A stretch of DNA of 24,159 nt from a bacterium (GCA_049472315.1 JBLIRN010000042.1:1-24159); one strand, 5' to 3'. Counted from the stretch's first letter, positions 1-9,809 are shown. Notes: a model not told the origin generated them from the letters alone. Translations and numbers: made by a program.

Positions 1-1
1 G

Positions 2-601
2 ACCAACAAAATCCTGGAATCGGGGGTGACGGAGGGATGGTTCAGGGAGGACCTGTACTACCGGTTGAACGTGGTGACCATACACCTCCCCCCGCTCCGC
101 GAGAGGAGGGAGGACATTCCGCACCTGGTTGCCTATTTCCTGTCCCGGTTTTCCAGGGATCTGCGCAAGGAGGTCCTTGGTATAAGCCAGGAGGCACTGG
201 AAGCCCTCACCAGTTACCGATGGCCGGGAAACATCAGGGAACTGGAAAATGCCATTAAGAGGGCAATGGTGATCTGTAAGGGAAACGAGATCCTCCCGGA
301 GCACCTCCCCGAACAGATCCAGTCCGTATCCGGAATCCCGGAACGGATCGGCGAGGACATGCAAAACGCACTGGGGCCCCTGCTTGACCAACTATTTCAA
401 TTGATTATAAAGGCTATCAGGGAAAATCCGCGCCTTGACATCATCTCGCTGCTTGAGAAGGAAATGATCGAGCGGGCGATTCGGCTCACCGGCGGCAACA
501 AGGTCCAGGCGGCCTCGCTGCTCGGCATCAACCGCAACACCCTGCGAAACAAGATGGAGCGGTACGGCATAGAGGACGACCTCGCCAGGGAGCGACAATG
601 A
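2..601 (+). CDS. Sigma-54-dependent transcriptional activator (NtrC/Fis family), C-terminal part; 5' end outside window
   Basis: Frame open from position 2 (TNKILESGVTEGW). Has FREDLYYRLNV, PPLRERREDI and WPGNIRELEN AAA+ motifs and a C-terminal Fis-type HTH (TGGNKVQAASLLGINRNTLRNKM). Confidence 0.95.
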   Translation, partial: TNKILESGVTEGWFREDLYYRLNVVTIHLPPLRERREDIPHLVAYFLSRFSRDLRKEVLGISQEALEALTSYRWPGNIRELENAIKRAMVICKGNEILPEHLPEQIQSVSGIPERIGEDMQNALGPLLDQLFQLIIKAIRENPRLDIISLLEKEMIERAIRLTGGNKVQAASLLGINRNTLRNKMERYGIEDDLARERQ

Positions 602-819
602 TTCATCACCCCGGCTTCGCTCCCTCTCCGTCATGCGGATCGATGAGGCGTCCTGCAATGGCCGAAAAGTAATTACATTGACAAGGGCGAATTTTTTTGG
701 GACCTGTACGGTTGAACACCGCAATCGGAATCCTCGGCAATAATTCCTTGTTATATCCGGAAACGGGACATAGGGCATCACCGTGCGACAATACGGCGAC
801 AGGGAGGCGATGAGCTGCA

Positions 820-3318
820 ATGCTGAATCCTTTTAAGAAAAATGGGTCCATCCCCCTCCTGGGCTCATTCCCCTTACAGAGCTACAGGGTGGAAATCAAG
901 CTGGATCATCTCATGCCCGGGGTGGACAATGTGCGCCACGATGTCCTTATGAGCCCGAAGCTTCAGAAGACCACCACAGATCTCATCAAGCGCATTCTTG
1001 CCGAAAAGACCAATACGACCGATCTCCTGGATCTGGACAAGAAGGAGACAAAGCAATCGGAAAAGGAGGAGTTCAAGAGGATCTGTAGCGAGATCCTCAA
1101 GAATGTGCTCAAGCAGGCGAACGCCCAGCAGAACTTCGATCTCTTCCTCCTGGCCAACATCGCGTTCATCAAATTCATTATGCAGGCATTCGATGAGCAA
1201 TTCATCTCCCTGATAACCTATATCGAGGATTACGTGAAATATCAGGAAAACCGCCATGGGTTTGCCACGGAAAGCGTATCAAACACCGTTCAGAAGATGG
1301 GGGATACAAAGAAGCTCAGGCATACCCTTTTCAAGGAAACCGTCAGTGAACTCGGGGAATCCATCCACTGGCTGTACAAGGCGGAATTGGACAAGATGCT
1401 CGAATCCCTCTTTGGCGACCATGGGACCTGTCCCCACGAGGTCTTCTTCAACCCGCTCCTCTATGCCACCAGCGTCAACGACGAGAAGGTGTTATTCGAG
1501 AAATACGTCTTTTTGGGTGACCGGGAAGAGGATGCTGATCGCTATGAGGCGCTGCGCGATCTGGTAGTCGATCTTTTCCGTGAGCTGGACGGCGATAACA
1601 AGGTGCTCAAGGCGGCGCTGAAGAGAAGGCCGGAAATAATCACCCTGGAGAAGAACCTTTCGGAGTTGAAGGCACGCAAAAACCTTCTGCATGCAAAGCG
1701 GGAGCGGCTTGCGAACAAAAAGGGATTCCTGTTCAAAGGGAGAAGGGAGCGCCGGGTGCAGGCACTCTCCACAAGGATCGAGCAGCTCTCGAAGAAGCTG
1801 GAGGAGACGGAAAAAAAATATCTCTCCATCAAGGGTGAGATAGATGCAGCCTGCGCGGAATATCAAGCCAAGATTGATGGATGGATATCCCATGAGGCCA
1901 ACATGGGAACCCTCTTCGATTACTTGGGCACCAAGGATGAATACAAGGAGCTCAAAAAGAAAAAGACGGAACTCAAGGACACCCTCCGGTACAAAAAGGG
2001 GCAGATAAAGGCACAGAAAAGGCTGTTCGATCTGGTCTACGAGAGGTTCGACAAACCGGGGCTCGTCGACATCTTTGTTGCCTCCTATGAAATGGTACCC
2101 ATCATTCCCCAGTACGCCTCGGCCCTCAGCCCGCGCCAGGTACAGAACTTCATCCTTGACCCCAAGGAACGAAAGAAACTTGCCGACCAGGTGCAGCGTT
2201 TTTATCCCGGTACAAAGCTCGACCCCCTTTACGACAGGGCGGATAATGTCGAAAACATGAACGGAAACGGCAGAAGGCGCTATCTGATCCGATTCCTGAA
2301 GGATTTTTCCCGCTACCATCGAGACATGAAGAACCGCCATCTCATGACAGCCCTGATGGATCGCGTGAACCTCCTGGACAAGGAAAATATCATCGAGATG
2401 TCCCGTATCAACCGCACGCTCTACGAGCTCCTCCTTTCGGAAGAGGAGGAAACGCGAGAGGCGGGCATCACCAGCCATGTGGTCCTCAAAGCGGATGTTC
2501 GCGGATCCACCAAGATCACCCTGATCATGAACGAACGAGGACTGAATCCCGCGTCCCATTTCAGCATGAACTTCTTCCTGCCCATCTCCGAGATCCTCCC
2601 CATGTACGACGCCACCAAGATCTTTGTGGAAGGGGACGCCTATATCCTCTCCATATTCGAAAAGGCCGGGGCAACCAACTGGTATACCGTGGCCAGGGCA
2701 TGCGGCCTCGCCCAGAACATGCTGCGCATCATCAAGCACTACAACGAGGAGTGCATAAAAAACAAGCTTCCCATCCTCGAACTCGGCATCGGCATCTGCT
2801 TCAGGGATGCGTCACCCATGTTTTTGTTCGACGGCACAAACCGCATCATGATCTCCCCCGCGCTCAACCTTTCCGACCGTCTCTCGAGCTGTGCGAAAAC
2901 GATTCGCAAATTACTGGGTGACAAGAACCTCCCCTTTAATCTGTACGTGTTTCAATCCATCCCTGACGAGGAGATCGATCCGAAGATCGCCGATGAGCAG
3001 CTCGTCCGCTACAATGTCAACGGGATTCAGATCAATGAGGAGGCATTCGTCAAGCTGGGCAAGGAGATATCCCTCCGCTGCTTCGAGCTCACCATGCCGG
3101 GGCTGTGGAAGGAAAAGACCTGGATCCACGCAGGGAGCTTCCCCACTGTTAACGGAGGCTACCAGAATCTCTATATCCGCGAGGCACAGGTGGCACGGGT
3201 CGATCCCACCGATTTCCACTTCATAGAATGGACCTCCCGGCGCTACTTCGAGGTGTGCACCAATCCGCGGATCAGCCAACTGATCGAGAAGATGGTGGGA
3301 TCGAACAGCGGGAACTGA
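820..3318 (+). CDS. 832-aa protein: N-terminal helical/coiled-coil region plus C-terminal class III nucleotide cyclase-like domain
   Basis: GGAGG upstream of ATG. Motifs KADVRGST (D559), VEGDA (D606), LGIGI and ALNLSDRL (N683/R687) match the class III cyclase pattern. K/E/R-rich heptads at about aa 265-350. No obvious transmembrane segment. Confidence 0.75.
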   Translation: MLNPFKKNGSIPLLGSFPLQSYRVEIKLDHLMPGVDNVRHDVLMSPKLQKTTTDLIKRILAEKTNTTDLLDLDKKETKQSEKEEFKRICSEILKNVLKQANAQQNFDLFLLANIAFIKFIMQAFDEQFISLITYIEDYVKYQENRHGFATESVSNTVQKMGDTKKLRHTLFKETVSELGESIHWLYKAELDKMLESLFGDHGTCPHEVFFNPLLYATSVNDEKVLFEKYVFLGDREEDADRYEALRDLVVDLFRELDGDNKVLKAALKRRPEIITLEKNLSELKARKNLLHAKRERLANKKGFLFKGRRERRVQALSTRIEQLSKKLEETEKKYLSIKGEIDAACAEYQAKIDGWISHEANMGTLFDYLGTKDEYKELKKKKTELKDTLRYKKGQIKAQKRLFDLVYERFDKPGLVDIFVASYEMVPIIPQYASALSPRQVQNFILDPKERKKLADQVQRFYPGTKLDPLYDRADNVENMNGNGRRRYLIRFLKDFSRYHRDMKNRHLMTALMDRVNLLDKENIIEMSRINRTLYELLLSEEEETREAGITSHVVLKADVRGSTKITLIMNERGLNPASHFSMNFFLPISEILPMYDATKIFVEGDAYILSIFEKAGATNWYTVARACGLAQNMLRIIKHYNEECIKNKLPILELGIGICFRDASPMFLFDGTNRIMISPALNLSDRLSSCAKTIRKLLGDKNLPFNLYVFQSIPDEEIDPKIADEQLVRYNVNGIQINEEAFVKLGKEISLRCFELTMPGLWKEKTWIHAGSFPTVNGGYQNLYIREAQVARVDPTDFHFIEWTSRRYFEVCTNPRISQLIEKMVGSNSGN

Positions 3319-3580
3319 GCCGGCATCCCCTTGTCTCCAGATCCAACCAATGAAAATCTCTTTTTACCGGAGGTCTTTAGTTTTTTTTCCTTTTTGTGTA
3401 AAATAATGATACCGATGCCCTATCGATCACCGTGCAGGACGGATGTTTATAAAAAAATGGGGGTAACCCTCCATAAAAGCCACAAATTCCTCTGCACGGA
3501 CATGGGGGTTTGTATTTAACCCCGGTTTTCATTGTAAAGCGAAATAATTCAACGCGTACCAGAAAATGATTAATTTGAAT

Positions 3581-3609
3581 TTGACATGTATAGACAGGAT
3601 GATTATAAT
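3581..3609 (+). promoter_or_regulatory. Consensus sigma-70 promoter upstream of the rhodanese gene
   Basis: TTGACA (3581-3586), 17 nt, TATAAT (3604-3609): an exact consensus match in an AT-rich intergenic region. Confidence 0.8.
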
Positions 3610-3796
3610 ATTAGCATATTCTAATAAAGTTCTTCACCATCGTAGTTGCTACGTTCACTCTTTGCTTCGTTCATAGTAAAAACAATCTCTCTATCTTATC
3701 CCGGTACAAAAGGGATATAATGATCGCTATTTTGCGTGTTCATAGATAAAGGTTCCGGAAAACCTTCACTTACCTCAATTTTTAAGGAGGTTGGCG

Positions 3797-4783
3797 ATGA
3801 AAGACGCAAGGCTCTCTTTAGTTCTTTTCTGTGTTTTACTCCTTGTCACCGGCATCTTTCTGCAAGGTGCACATGCCTTTGAGCTGATAACCGCCTATGA
3901 GGCCTATGAAATGGTACAAAACGGCGAGGCAACCCTGGTCGATGTAAGGACGCTGGAGGAGTATGTCTTTGTGGGAAACGCCGCCTTGGAGCCTGACGGG
4001 GATCCCATCGCCTATCTCATTCCCTGGGAGTTTCTTGAGGGCACCGACGATGAAGGTAATGAGATCTACCGAAGAAATCCTGATTTCGAGGCACTCTTCG
4101 AGCAGACATTCGGTTACGATAAGACTCAACCCCTGATCATCATATGCAGGAGCGGCAATCGAAGTTCGTATGCAGCGCTGCAACTGGAGGAAAACGGCTT
4201 TACCAACATCTACGAGGTTGATAATAAACTGAAGGAATCGGCGAGCTTCCCCGGGGGAAGGGGGGGGTTCCAGGGATCGGGGTATAAGGGCATGTACAAC
4301 GGCTATCGCGGATACCCGGGACGATTCTCCTGTGACGAAGCCACCGTGCATCACCGGGTGGTGGAATACACCTATGCGATCACCGATGAAAACGATTCCG
4401 TGTCCTGGACGGATATGGGCCTTCCCATGACCCAAAGGGTGGATCCCCAAAAGATCCCGAAGGTCAAAAAGACCTCCCAGACCACCAAAACCGCGAGCAG
4501 CACCTCATCGACGGCACTATCCTCGTTCATGTTCTACCAGCCGCAGCAGCAATTCACCCAACAAATATTCGGCAACGCTTCATTCCAGTTTACACCATAT
4601 ACCACGGCCTTTATGAACATCTCCTACCCGACGCTTTATAACGGGGGACTGTCGATGCTCAACTTCCCCACCACCCAGGGCCTTCTCTTCTCGTCGGGTT
4701 TTCCGAGCATCACCATACCGCAACCGGTCACCCGTTCACCGCAGCCGCCCACACCCAGTGAGCCATCCGAATGCGGGGGGTGA
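3797..4783 (+). CDS. Exported rhodanese-domain protein (sulfurtransferase-like) with low-complexity tail; may extend to 4792 if the TGA encodes Sec
   Basis: AAGGAGG 6 nt before ATG 3797. Signal peptide ending AHA. Rhodanese motifs LVDVRTxEEY and active-site loop ICRSGNRS. C-terminus PSECGG-TGA. Confidence 0.85.
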   Translation: MKDARLSLVLFCVLLLVTGIFLQGAHAFELITAYEAYEMVQNGEATLVDVRTLEEYVFVGNAALEPDGDPIAYLIPWEFLEGTDDEGNEIYRRNPDFEALFEQTFGYDKTQPLIIICRSGNRSSYAALQLEENGFTNIYEVDNKLKESASFPGGRGGFQGSGYKGMYNGYRGYPGRFSCDEATVHHRVVEYTYAITDENDSVSWTDMGLPMTQRVDPQKIPKVKKTSQTTKTASSTSSTALSSFMFYQPQQQFTQQIFGNASFQFTPYTTAFMNISYPTLYNGGLSMLNFPTTQGLLFSSGFPSITIPQPVTRSPQPPTPSEPSECGG

Positions 4784-4829
4784 CGTGACTAGAGAACCCG
4801 TAAGCCGCCCGTGAGGCGGCTGAAAACCC
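4781..4829 (+). promoter_or_regulatory. Putative bacterial SECIS element after the in-frame TGA
   Basis: TGA 4781-4783. Stem AGCCGCC (4803-4809)/GGCGGCT (4815-4821) with loop CGUGA, and 26 nt between UGA and loop. No U-tract follows the stem on either strand. Confidence 0.5.
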
Positions 4830-4946
4830 AATATATAACATCCCTCGCCGGGCGTCATCCCGTCGGTACCGATCGATGAAGGGAGTGGCCCTGCATGGGA
4901 AGAAGCCACAGATTTTTCCACGTGAAACAGGAGGGGGAATGATTCG

Positions 4947-5933
4947 CTATGCCTTGGTGCCGACCAGGTGGCAGGCGGCGAGGTGTCCCTCGCTCACCTC
5001 CTCCAGGGGAGGCTCCACCTCCGAGCACACGGGCATACGATAGGGGCACCGGGTGTGAAAACGGCACCCCGGGGGAGGAGAAATGGGGGAGGGCACGTCC
5101 CCCTTCAACACAATTCTCCGGGTGCGCACATCCGGATCAGGGACCGGCACCGCCGCAATGAGGCACTGGGTATACGGATGGAGGGGTGAGTCGAAGAGAT
5201 CATCCACCACGGCCGTCTCAACGATCTTGCCAAGATACATCACTGCAACATGATCGCTTATATGGCGAATCAGGCTCAAATCGTGGGCGATGAAAAGGTA
5301 GCTGAGCCCGAATTCCTCCTGGAGGTCCTTGAACAGGTTGATAACCTGCGCCCTTACCGAGACATCCAGCGCTGAAACCGGCTCATCGGCAACGATCAAC
5401 TCCGGATTCAGGCTCAGTGCCCGCGCGATCCCTATCCGCTGTCTCTGTCCCCCGCTGAATTCATGGGGGTATTTCTTCAGGCTGTCCCGCGACAGGCCGA
5501 CCCTTTCAAGAAGGTAGACCACCCGCTCGTGCAATTCCTCCCGTTCCCGGTATGCCTTGTGAATGATCAGGGGCTCGCCTACAATGGACCCGACGTTCAT
5601 ACGGGGATTCAGGGAGGCGTAGGGGTCCTGGAATACGATCTGGATGCTCTTTCTAAGCGCCCGGAAACGGCGGTAGGGGCAGGATGCGATGTCCTCCCCC
5701 CGGTAAAGGATTCGACCGGCGGTAGGCTCCATGAGCCTGAGGATCGTCCGGGCGATGGTGGATTTCCCGCAGCCGCTCTCCCCCACCAGACCCAGGGTTT
5801 TCCCCGAAGGGAGTGTGAAGGAAACGCCATCCACTGCCCGTACCCACCTTTTCACGCGGGAAAAGACCCCTCCCCTGATGGGAAAATGCTTGATCAGTCC
5901 CTCAACGCGCAGCAGCGGCCCGTTGTTGTTCAC
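4947..5933 (-). CDS. Oligopeptide/dipeptide ABC transporter ATP-binding subunit (OppF/DppF-like)
   Basis: GESGCGKS Walker A, FSGGQRQR signature, VADEP Walker B, HPYT and GCRFHTRC C-terminal motif. GTG start at 5933 overlaps the upstream stop (GTGA). Confidence 0.93.
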   Translation of the reverse strand: MNNNGPLLRVEGLIKHFPIRGGVFSRVKRWVRAVDGVSFTLPSGKTLGLVGESGCGKSTIARTILRLMEPTAGRILYRGEDIASCPYRRFRALRKSIQIVFQDPYASLNPRMNVGSIVGEPLIIHKAYREREELHERVVYLLERVGLSRDSLKKYPHEFSGGQRQRIGIARALSLNPELIVADEPVSALDVSVRAQVINLFKDLQEEFGLSYLFIAHDLSLIRHISDHVAVMYLGKIVETAVVDDLFDSPLHPYTQCLIAAVPVPDPDVRTRRIVLKGDVPSPISPPPGCRFHTRCPYRMPVCSEVEPPLEEVSEGHLAACHLVGTKA

Positions 5934-6904
5934 CCACCCGCCTCCCAGCAGCTCACCCAATGTCCCGGCTGAATCTCGGCAAGCGTGGGTGGTTCTTCGG
6001 TGCAATGCGGCCGTGCCCGATCGCAACGCGGCTGGAAGGGGCACCCCCTGGGCATCAGGCGAAGATCGGGGACCATCCCGGGAATGGTTGCAAGCCTCCG
6101 TTTTGCCCCTTTCCGCTCGTCCAAACGGGGAAGCGAGGTCAGCAGGCCGATGGTATAGGGATGGAGAGGGTGGTGAAAAAGATCGCGCACCAGGGCATGT
6201 TCCACGATCCGGCCCGCGTACATGACGGACACCTTCTGGCTGATCTCCGCAATCACCCCCAGATCGTGGGTGATTATGAGCACGGACATCCCGATCCGCT
6301 CCTTCAATGATTCGATCAAATCCAGAATCTGGGCCTGGATGGTGACATCGAGCGCAGTGGTGGGCTCGTCGGCGATCAGGAGGCCCGGTTCGCAGGCAAG
6401 CGCCATGGCGATCATCACTCGTTGCCGCATGCCGCCGCTGAGCTGATGGGGATACCCATTGACCCGTTTTGTCGGGTCGGGGATGCCGACCAGATCGAGC
6501 ATCTCGATGGTCTTTTCCCGTGTCCTCTTTCTATCGAGCCCCTGATGGAGCCGTATGACCTCGTCTATCTGATTGCCGATGGTATACACCGGGTTCAACG
6601 AGGTCATGGGTTCCTGAAAGATCATGGATATCTCGTTTCCCCTGATCTTCCTCATCGATTCCTGATCCAGGGCAAGAAGGTCGGCGCCCTTGAAAAAAAC
6701 GGCCCCTCCCATGATCCTGCCCGGAGGGTCCGGTACAAGGCGGATTATGGAGAGGGCGAGTACCGTCTTACCGCAGCCCGATTCACCCACCAATCCGAGG
6801 GTCTCTCCCTCGTCGATCGTAACATCGACGCCGTCAACCGCGGGAGCCACCCCGCCGGAAACAAAAAAAGAGGTCCTCAGCGAGCGAACCTCCAGGAGGA
6901 TCAT
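5930..6904 (-). CDS. Oligopeptide/dipeptide ABC transporter ATP-binding subunit (OppD/DppD-like)
   Basis: [42 protein letters not shown] and [11 protein letters not shown] 6904 overlaps the upstream stop (ATGA). Confidence 0.93.
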   Translation of the reverse strand: MILLEVRSLRTSFFVSGGVAPAVDGVDVTIDEGETLGLVGESGCGKTVLALSIIRLVPDPPGRIMGGAVFFKGADLLALDQESMRKIRGNEISMIFQEPMTSLNPVYTIGNQIDEVIRLHQGLDRKRTREKTIEMLDLVGIPDPTKRVNGYPHQLSGGMRQRVMIAMALACEPGLLIADEPTTALDVTIQAQILDLIESLKERIGMSVLIITHDLGVIAEISQKVSVMYAGRIVEHALVRDLFHHPLHPYTIGLLTSLPRLDERKGAKRRLATIPGMVPDLRLMPRGCPFQPRCDRARPHCTEEPPTLAEIQPGHWVSCWEAGG

Positions 6905-8511
6905 CGGACCCATACCCTGTCCACAAAGACGTTCCCGAGCGAATTGCAGAATTGCCCATTGACCCAGTTGCGTGCCACCCATGTCCGGTGGGGATAGCAC
7001 AGGTAAATGGCTACCATGGCCTGATCGATCTGGGTGATGGCCTGGGTAAACAATGCATCCCTGACTGCGGGATCGCATGCCTTTACCGCCCTGGCAAGGT
7101 CCTGCTCCCACGAATGAGGGATGTTTCCCACCTTATTCTCCGGCGAGGAGCTGTGATACAACCGCCAGGTAAATTGTTCCGCACCCCCGCCGCCCCGCCA
7201 GTCCTCCCAATCCTCGAGGGCTGCCTGAAAAAGAGACCGGTCCCGTCCCTTCCGGCCGTAAACGTAGTCGAAGAGGGCATCCTTTGCAAGCGGCACCAGA
7301 TGGACCTGGACATGAATGCGGGAAAGTTGCTCGCGCATGATCACGGCGATAGAGGAAAAGGGGAAGGCGTCGGTGTACATGAGGGAAAACGATACAGGGA
7401 ATTCCTCTGTAAATCCCTCCGATCCGAGTATTTCCCGTGCCGTATTGGGATCGTAGGTATTTGCGGGATCCTTGTGCGGATCATGATACCGGTGCCACGG
7501 CGGTATGCACGAATCGGCGATCTCTGCAAAGCCCTGAAATACCTGATGGATGATCTCGGCCCTGTTTATGCCCAGGGAAACCGCCCGCCGAATCCCGGGA
7601 CGGTCAAAGGGATACTGCTCGCAATTGAGATAGATCTGGCACAGTCTTTGACCAGCCTTTCCCTCCACCCGCAGGGAGAGCCAGGAGGAAAGGATGGAGG
7701 CGCCCTTGGGGGAAATGGGGGAGATAAGTTCAATCCTTCCCCGCTTAAGCTCCCGTACGGGATCCACCCCCGGTTGCGGAAAGGTGAAGATCGCCTTATG
7801 AATTAGGGGGCTCCCCAAGGCGTATGAATAGTTTCTTATCAGGATCAGATCCTTATCCCGGTCCCATTCACTGAGACGAAACGGTCCGGTGCCGATCGTG
7901 GTGACCTGTCCATACCGGTCCCCGGATTGGATGACCGTCTCCTTGGGAAGGGGACGCGCCTCGATGCGGGTGAGCAGTTCCTCCGCATCAGGGCAGTCTG
8001 AGCCCATATGTATCCGTACCATGAGCTTCGAGGCCGCCTCAACCGCACCGAAGCCCTGGAAAAGCTCGCGGGTGGGACATTGCGTTGCGGGATTTAGAAG
8101 TCTTTGGAGGGTGAATACCACATCATTGGCATCAAATTCAGTGCCGTCATGGAACACAATCCCCGAGCGCAGGGGGATCGACAGTGACCCGTCTTCGGAT
8201 CGCTCCGGGAAATCCGTTGCCAGCACAGGAACAATGCGGTCGTTGGTATCATACTCGTACAGACCGTCATAGATCTGCTCCAGCACCCAGCGCTCGGAAA
8301 CAAGGCTCGCCTTTTGCGGGTCAAGGGTGCGCACGGCATCGGTGCACGCAATGTTGATACTGCCCCCTTCGTGCGCCTTCTCGGCGTGCTCGTCGCTGTT
8401 TTGTTCGGATGTTGCATGCTGGGCGCAGACCACCGCCGCACGACAGAACACGCAGGTGAACGAGAGACAAACCGCGCACAGGACGCGAAAAAGGGCCTTT
8501 TTTGTGCTCAT
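6901..8511 (-). CDS. ABC transporter substrate-binding protein, family 5 (peptide/nickel)
   Basis: N-terminal signal-like segment. [36 protein letters not shown] and [10 protein letters not shown] motifs. Confidence 0.9.
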   Translation of the reverse strand: MSTKKALFRVLCAVCLSFTCVFCRAAVVCAQHATSEQNSDEHAEKAHEGGSINIACTDAVRTLDPQKASLVSERWVLEQIYDGLYEYDTNDRIVPVLATDFPERSEDGSLSIPLRSGIVFHDGTEFDANDVVFTLQRLLNPATQCPTRELFQGFGAVEAASKLMVRIHMGSDCPDAEELLTRIEARPLPKETVIQSGDRYGQVTTIGTGPFRLSEWDRDKDLILIRNYSYALGSPLIHKAIFTFPQPGVDPVRELKRGRIELISPISPKGASILSSWLSLRVEGKAGQRLCQIYLNCEQYPFDRPGIRRAVSLGINRAEIIHQVFQGFAEIADSCIPPWHRYHDPHKDPANTYDPNTAREILGSEGFTEEFPVSFSLMYTDAFPFSSIAVIMREQLSRIHVQVHLVPLAKDALFDYVYGRKGRDRSLFQAALEDWEDWRGGGGAEQFTWRLYHSSSPENKVGNIPHSWEQDLARAVKACDPAVRDALFTQAITQIDQAMVAIYLCYPHRTWVARNWVNGQFCNSLGNVFVDRVWVR

Positions 8512-8514
8512 TCT

Positions 8515-8955
8515 CTATATCCCCTTAACGATCTTCCATCCCCCGGGATTTCTCTTAAAAAGGATCTTTTCCTTTCCCTTCACATAATCCCGCCTTCCCT
8601 CAAATACAAAACCGATCTCGTATTCCTGCACCACCGTTGCGCTGTCCCCCTCCGGATACACGGTCCGGTTGAACTGGGAGAAATCGATCCTCTCGAATGC
8701 CCTGAAATTACGTTGCATTCGTTCACGTATCGAGGTATACGTCTCGTTGCCGTCCTGATACGCCTCCGATATGCACCGCATATACAGGTCGATGTCCTTC
8801 CCCTCCATGGCCTGTTCCCGGAGGGCCAGCACCTCCCCTATCGCCCGCTCCGATTTCTCCTTCGAGCGAGGGGCGCAATTCAGACATAAAAACAGCCCAA
8901 TAGGGATAATGAAGAGCGCAATCAGGGCAAAGCGCCGGGTGCCATATCCTGACAT
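8515..8955 (-). CDS. Exported or membrane-anchored NTF2-like (SnoaL/DUF4440-type) protein
   Basis: Hydrophobic N-terminus followed by Cys (possible lipoprotein). AMEGKDIDLYMRCISEAY and a C-terminal GWKIV are typical of the NTF2-like fold. Start chosen at ATG 8955. Confidence 0.65.
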   Translation of the reverse strand: MSGYGTRRFALIALFIIPIGLFLCLNCAPRSKEKSERAIGEVLALREQAMEGKDIDLYMRCISEAYQDGNETYTSIRERMQRNFRAFERIDFSQFNRTVYPEGDSATVVQEYEIGFVFEGRRDYVKGKEKILFKRNPGGWKIVKGI

Positions 8956-9662
8956 GAAAATGTCATCCCCTTGATGTGCGGACTCTCGGGGAATGTCCGC
9001 TTGAGGGTGCACAACACATAGGCGGCCTCGTCAACCATCCCCTCCAGTTTATAGGTCTCCGCCAGAAGGAAGAGGACCTCGTCCCTCCACGATATCTCCG
9101 GATACAGCGCCCAGATCTTTTGAAGCCTGCCCCGGGCCGCCCGGTACGAGCCGGTTTTGAGGTAGAACCGGGCCACGTAACGGTCGTTTTCCGCAAGCCG
9201 TTCGCGGCAGGCCCTGATTTTTTCCCTGGCCTCGGACGTCTGGTCGCTCTGCGGATACTCCTTGAGGAATCGTTCAAATGACTCCAGGGCCTTGATGGTC
9301 GAGGTCTGATCCCGATCGATGTCCAGAATCTCCTCAAAATGCGTCATGGCGATCCGGAGCCGGGCAAGGGGCGCCTGGGGGTGCACGGGATGGAGGTTCA
9401 GGAATTGCTCGTACTCCGCCCGTGCCTGATCGAACTCCTTGAGCCTGAAATGGACATCCGCCCGCTTGAGGCGGGTCTCCGCCATCAGGGGACTCTCAGG
9501 GAATTCCTGGGCCAGGCGGTCCAGGACCTCTCCAGCCTGGTAATACTTCTTCCTGTTGATGTAATTCGATGCCTTGTTATAGAGGTCTTGATCGGTGACG
9601 ACCTTCTCCCGCTTGCTGCAGGAGAATACAACGAGAATCGCGCACAGGGCGAGGAGGCACAT
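8922..9662 (-). CDS. bamD: Outer membrane protein assembly factor BamD (TPR lipoprotein); start codon uncertain (9662 or 9713)
   Basis: Lipobox-like VFSC, TPR repeats, FLNLHP, DRDQT and RLAENDRYVARFYLK motifs characteristic of BamD/YfiO. Confidence 0.88.
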   Translation of the reverse strand: MCLLALCAILVVFSCSKREKVVTDQDLYNKASNYINRKKYYQAGEVLDRLAQEFPESPLMAETRLKRADVHFRLKEFDQARAEYEQFLNLHPVHPQAPLARLRIAMTHFEEILDIDRDQTSTIKALESFERFLKEYPQSDQTSEAREKIRACRERLAENDRYVARFYLKTGSYRAARGRLQKIWALYPEISWRDEVLFLLAETYKLEGMVDEAAYVLCTLKRTFPESPHIKGMTFSCQDMAPGALP

Positions 9663-9809
9663 CACCCGGCAGCGCCCGTGAAGAGCTTTTCCTATGCCGT
9701 GATTGATGGTCACGCCTCCTATTTCCCGGTCAACGAGGTGCGTGCACCGGGCACACACGGCACATCAGGGGTGAGGCATCCGCACCCGGAAAGACCCAGA
9801 AAGGCGAGG

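Noticed and set aside
3331..3519. 62-aa ORF in the intergenic region
   Set aside because: TTG start without RBS, crosses T- and A-runs, and has no recognisable motif.
820..4783. Cyclase as part of a Pycsar/CBASS-like defence operon
   Set aside because: No adjacent cyclic-nucleotide-binding, TIR or transmembrane effector. The next gene is ~480 nt away with its own promoter, and the cyclase codon style looks host-like.
4803..4826. Hairpin as an intrinsic terminator between convergent genes
   Set aside because: It is followed by GAAAA on the plus strand and TACGG on the minus strand, so there is no U-tract. Not fully excluded, but a SECIS reading fits better.
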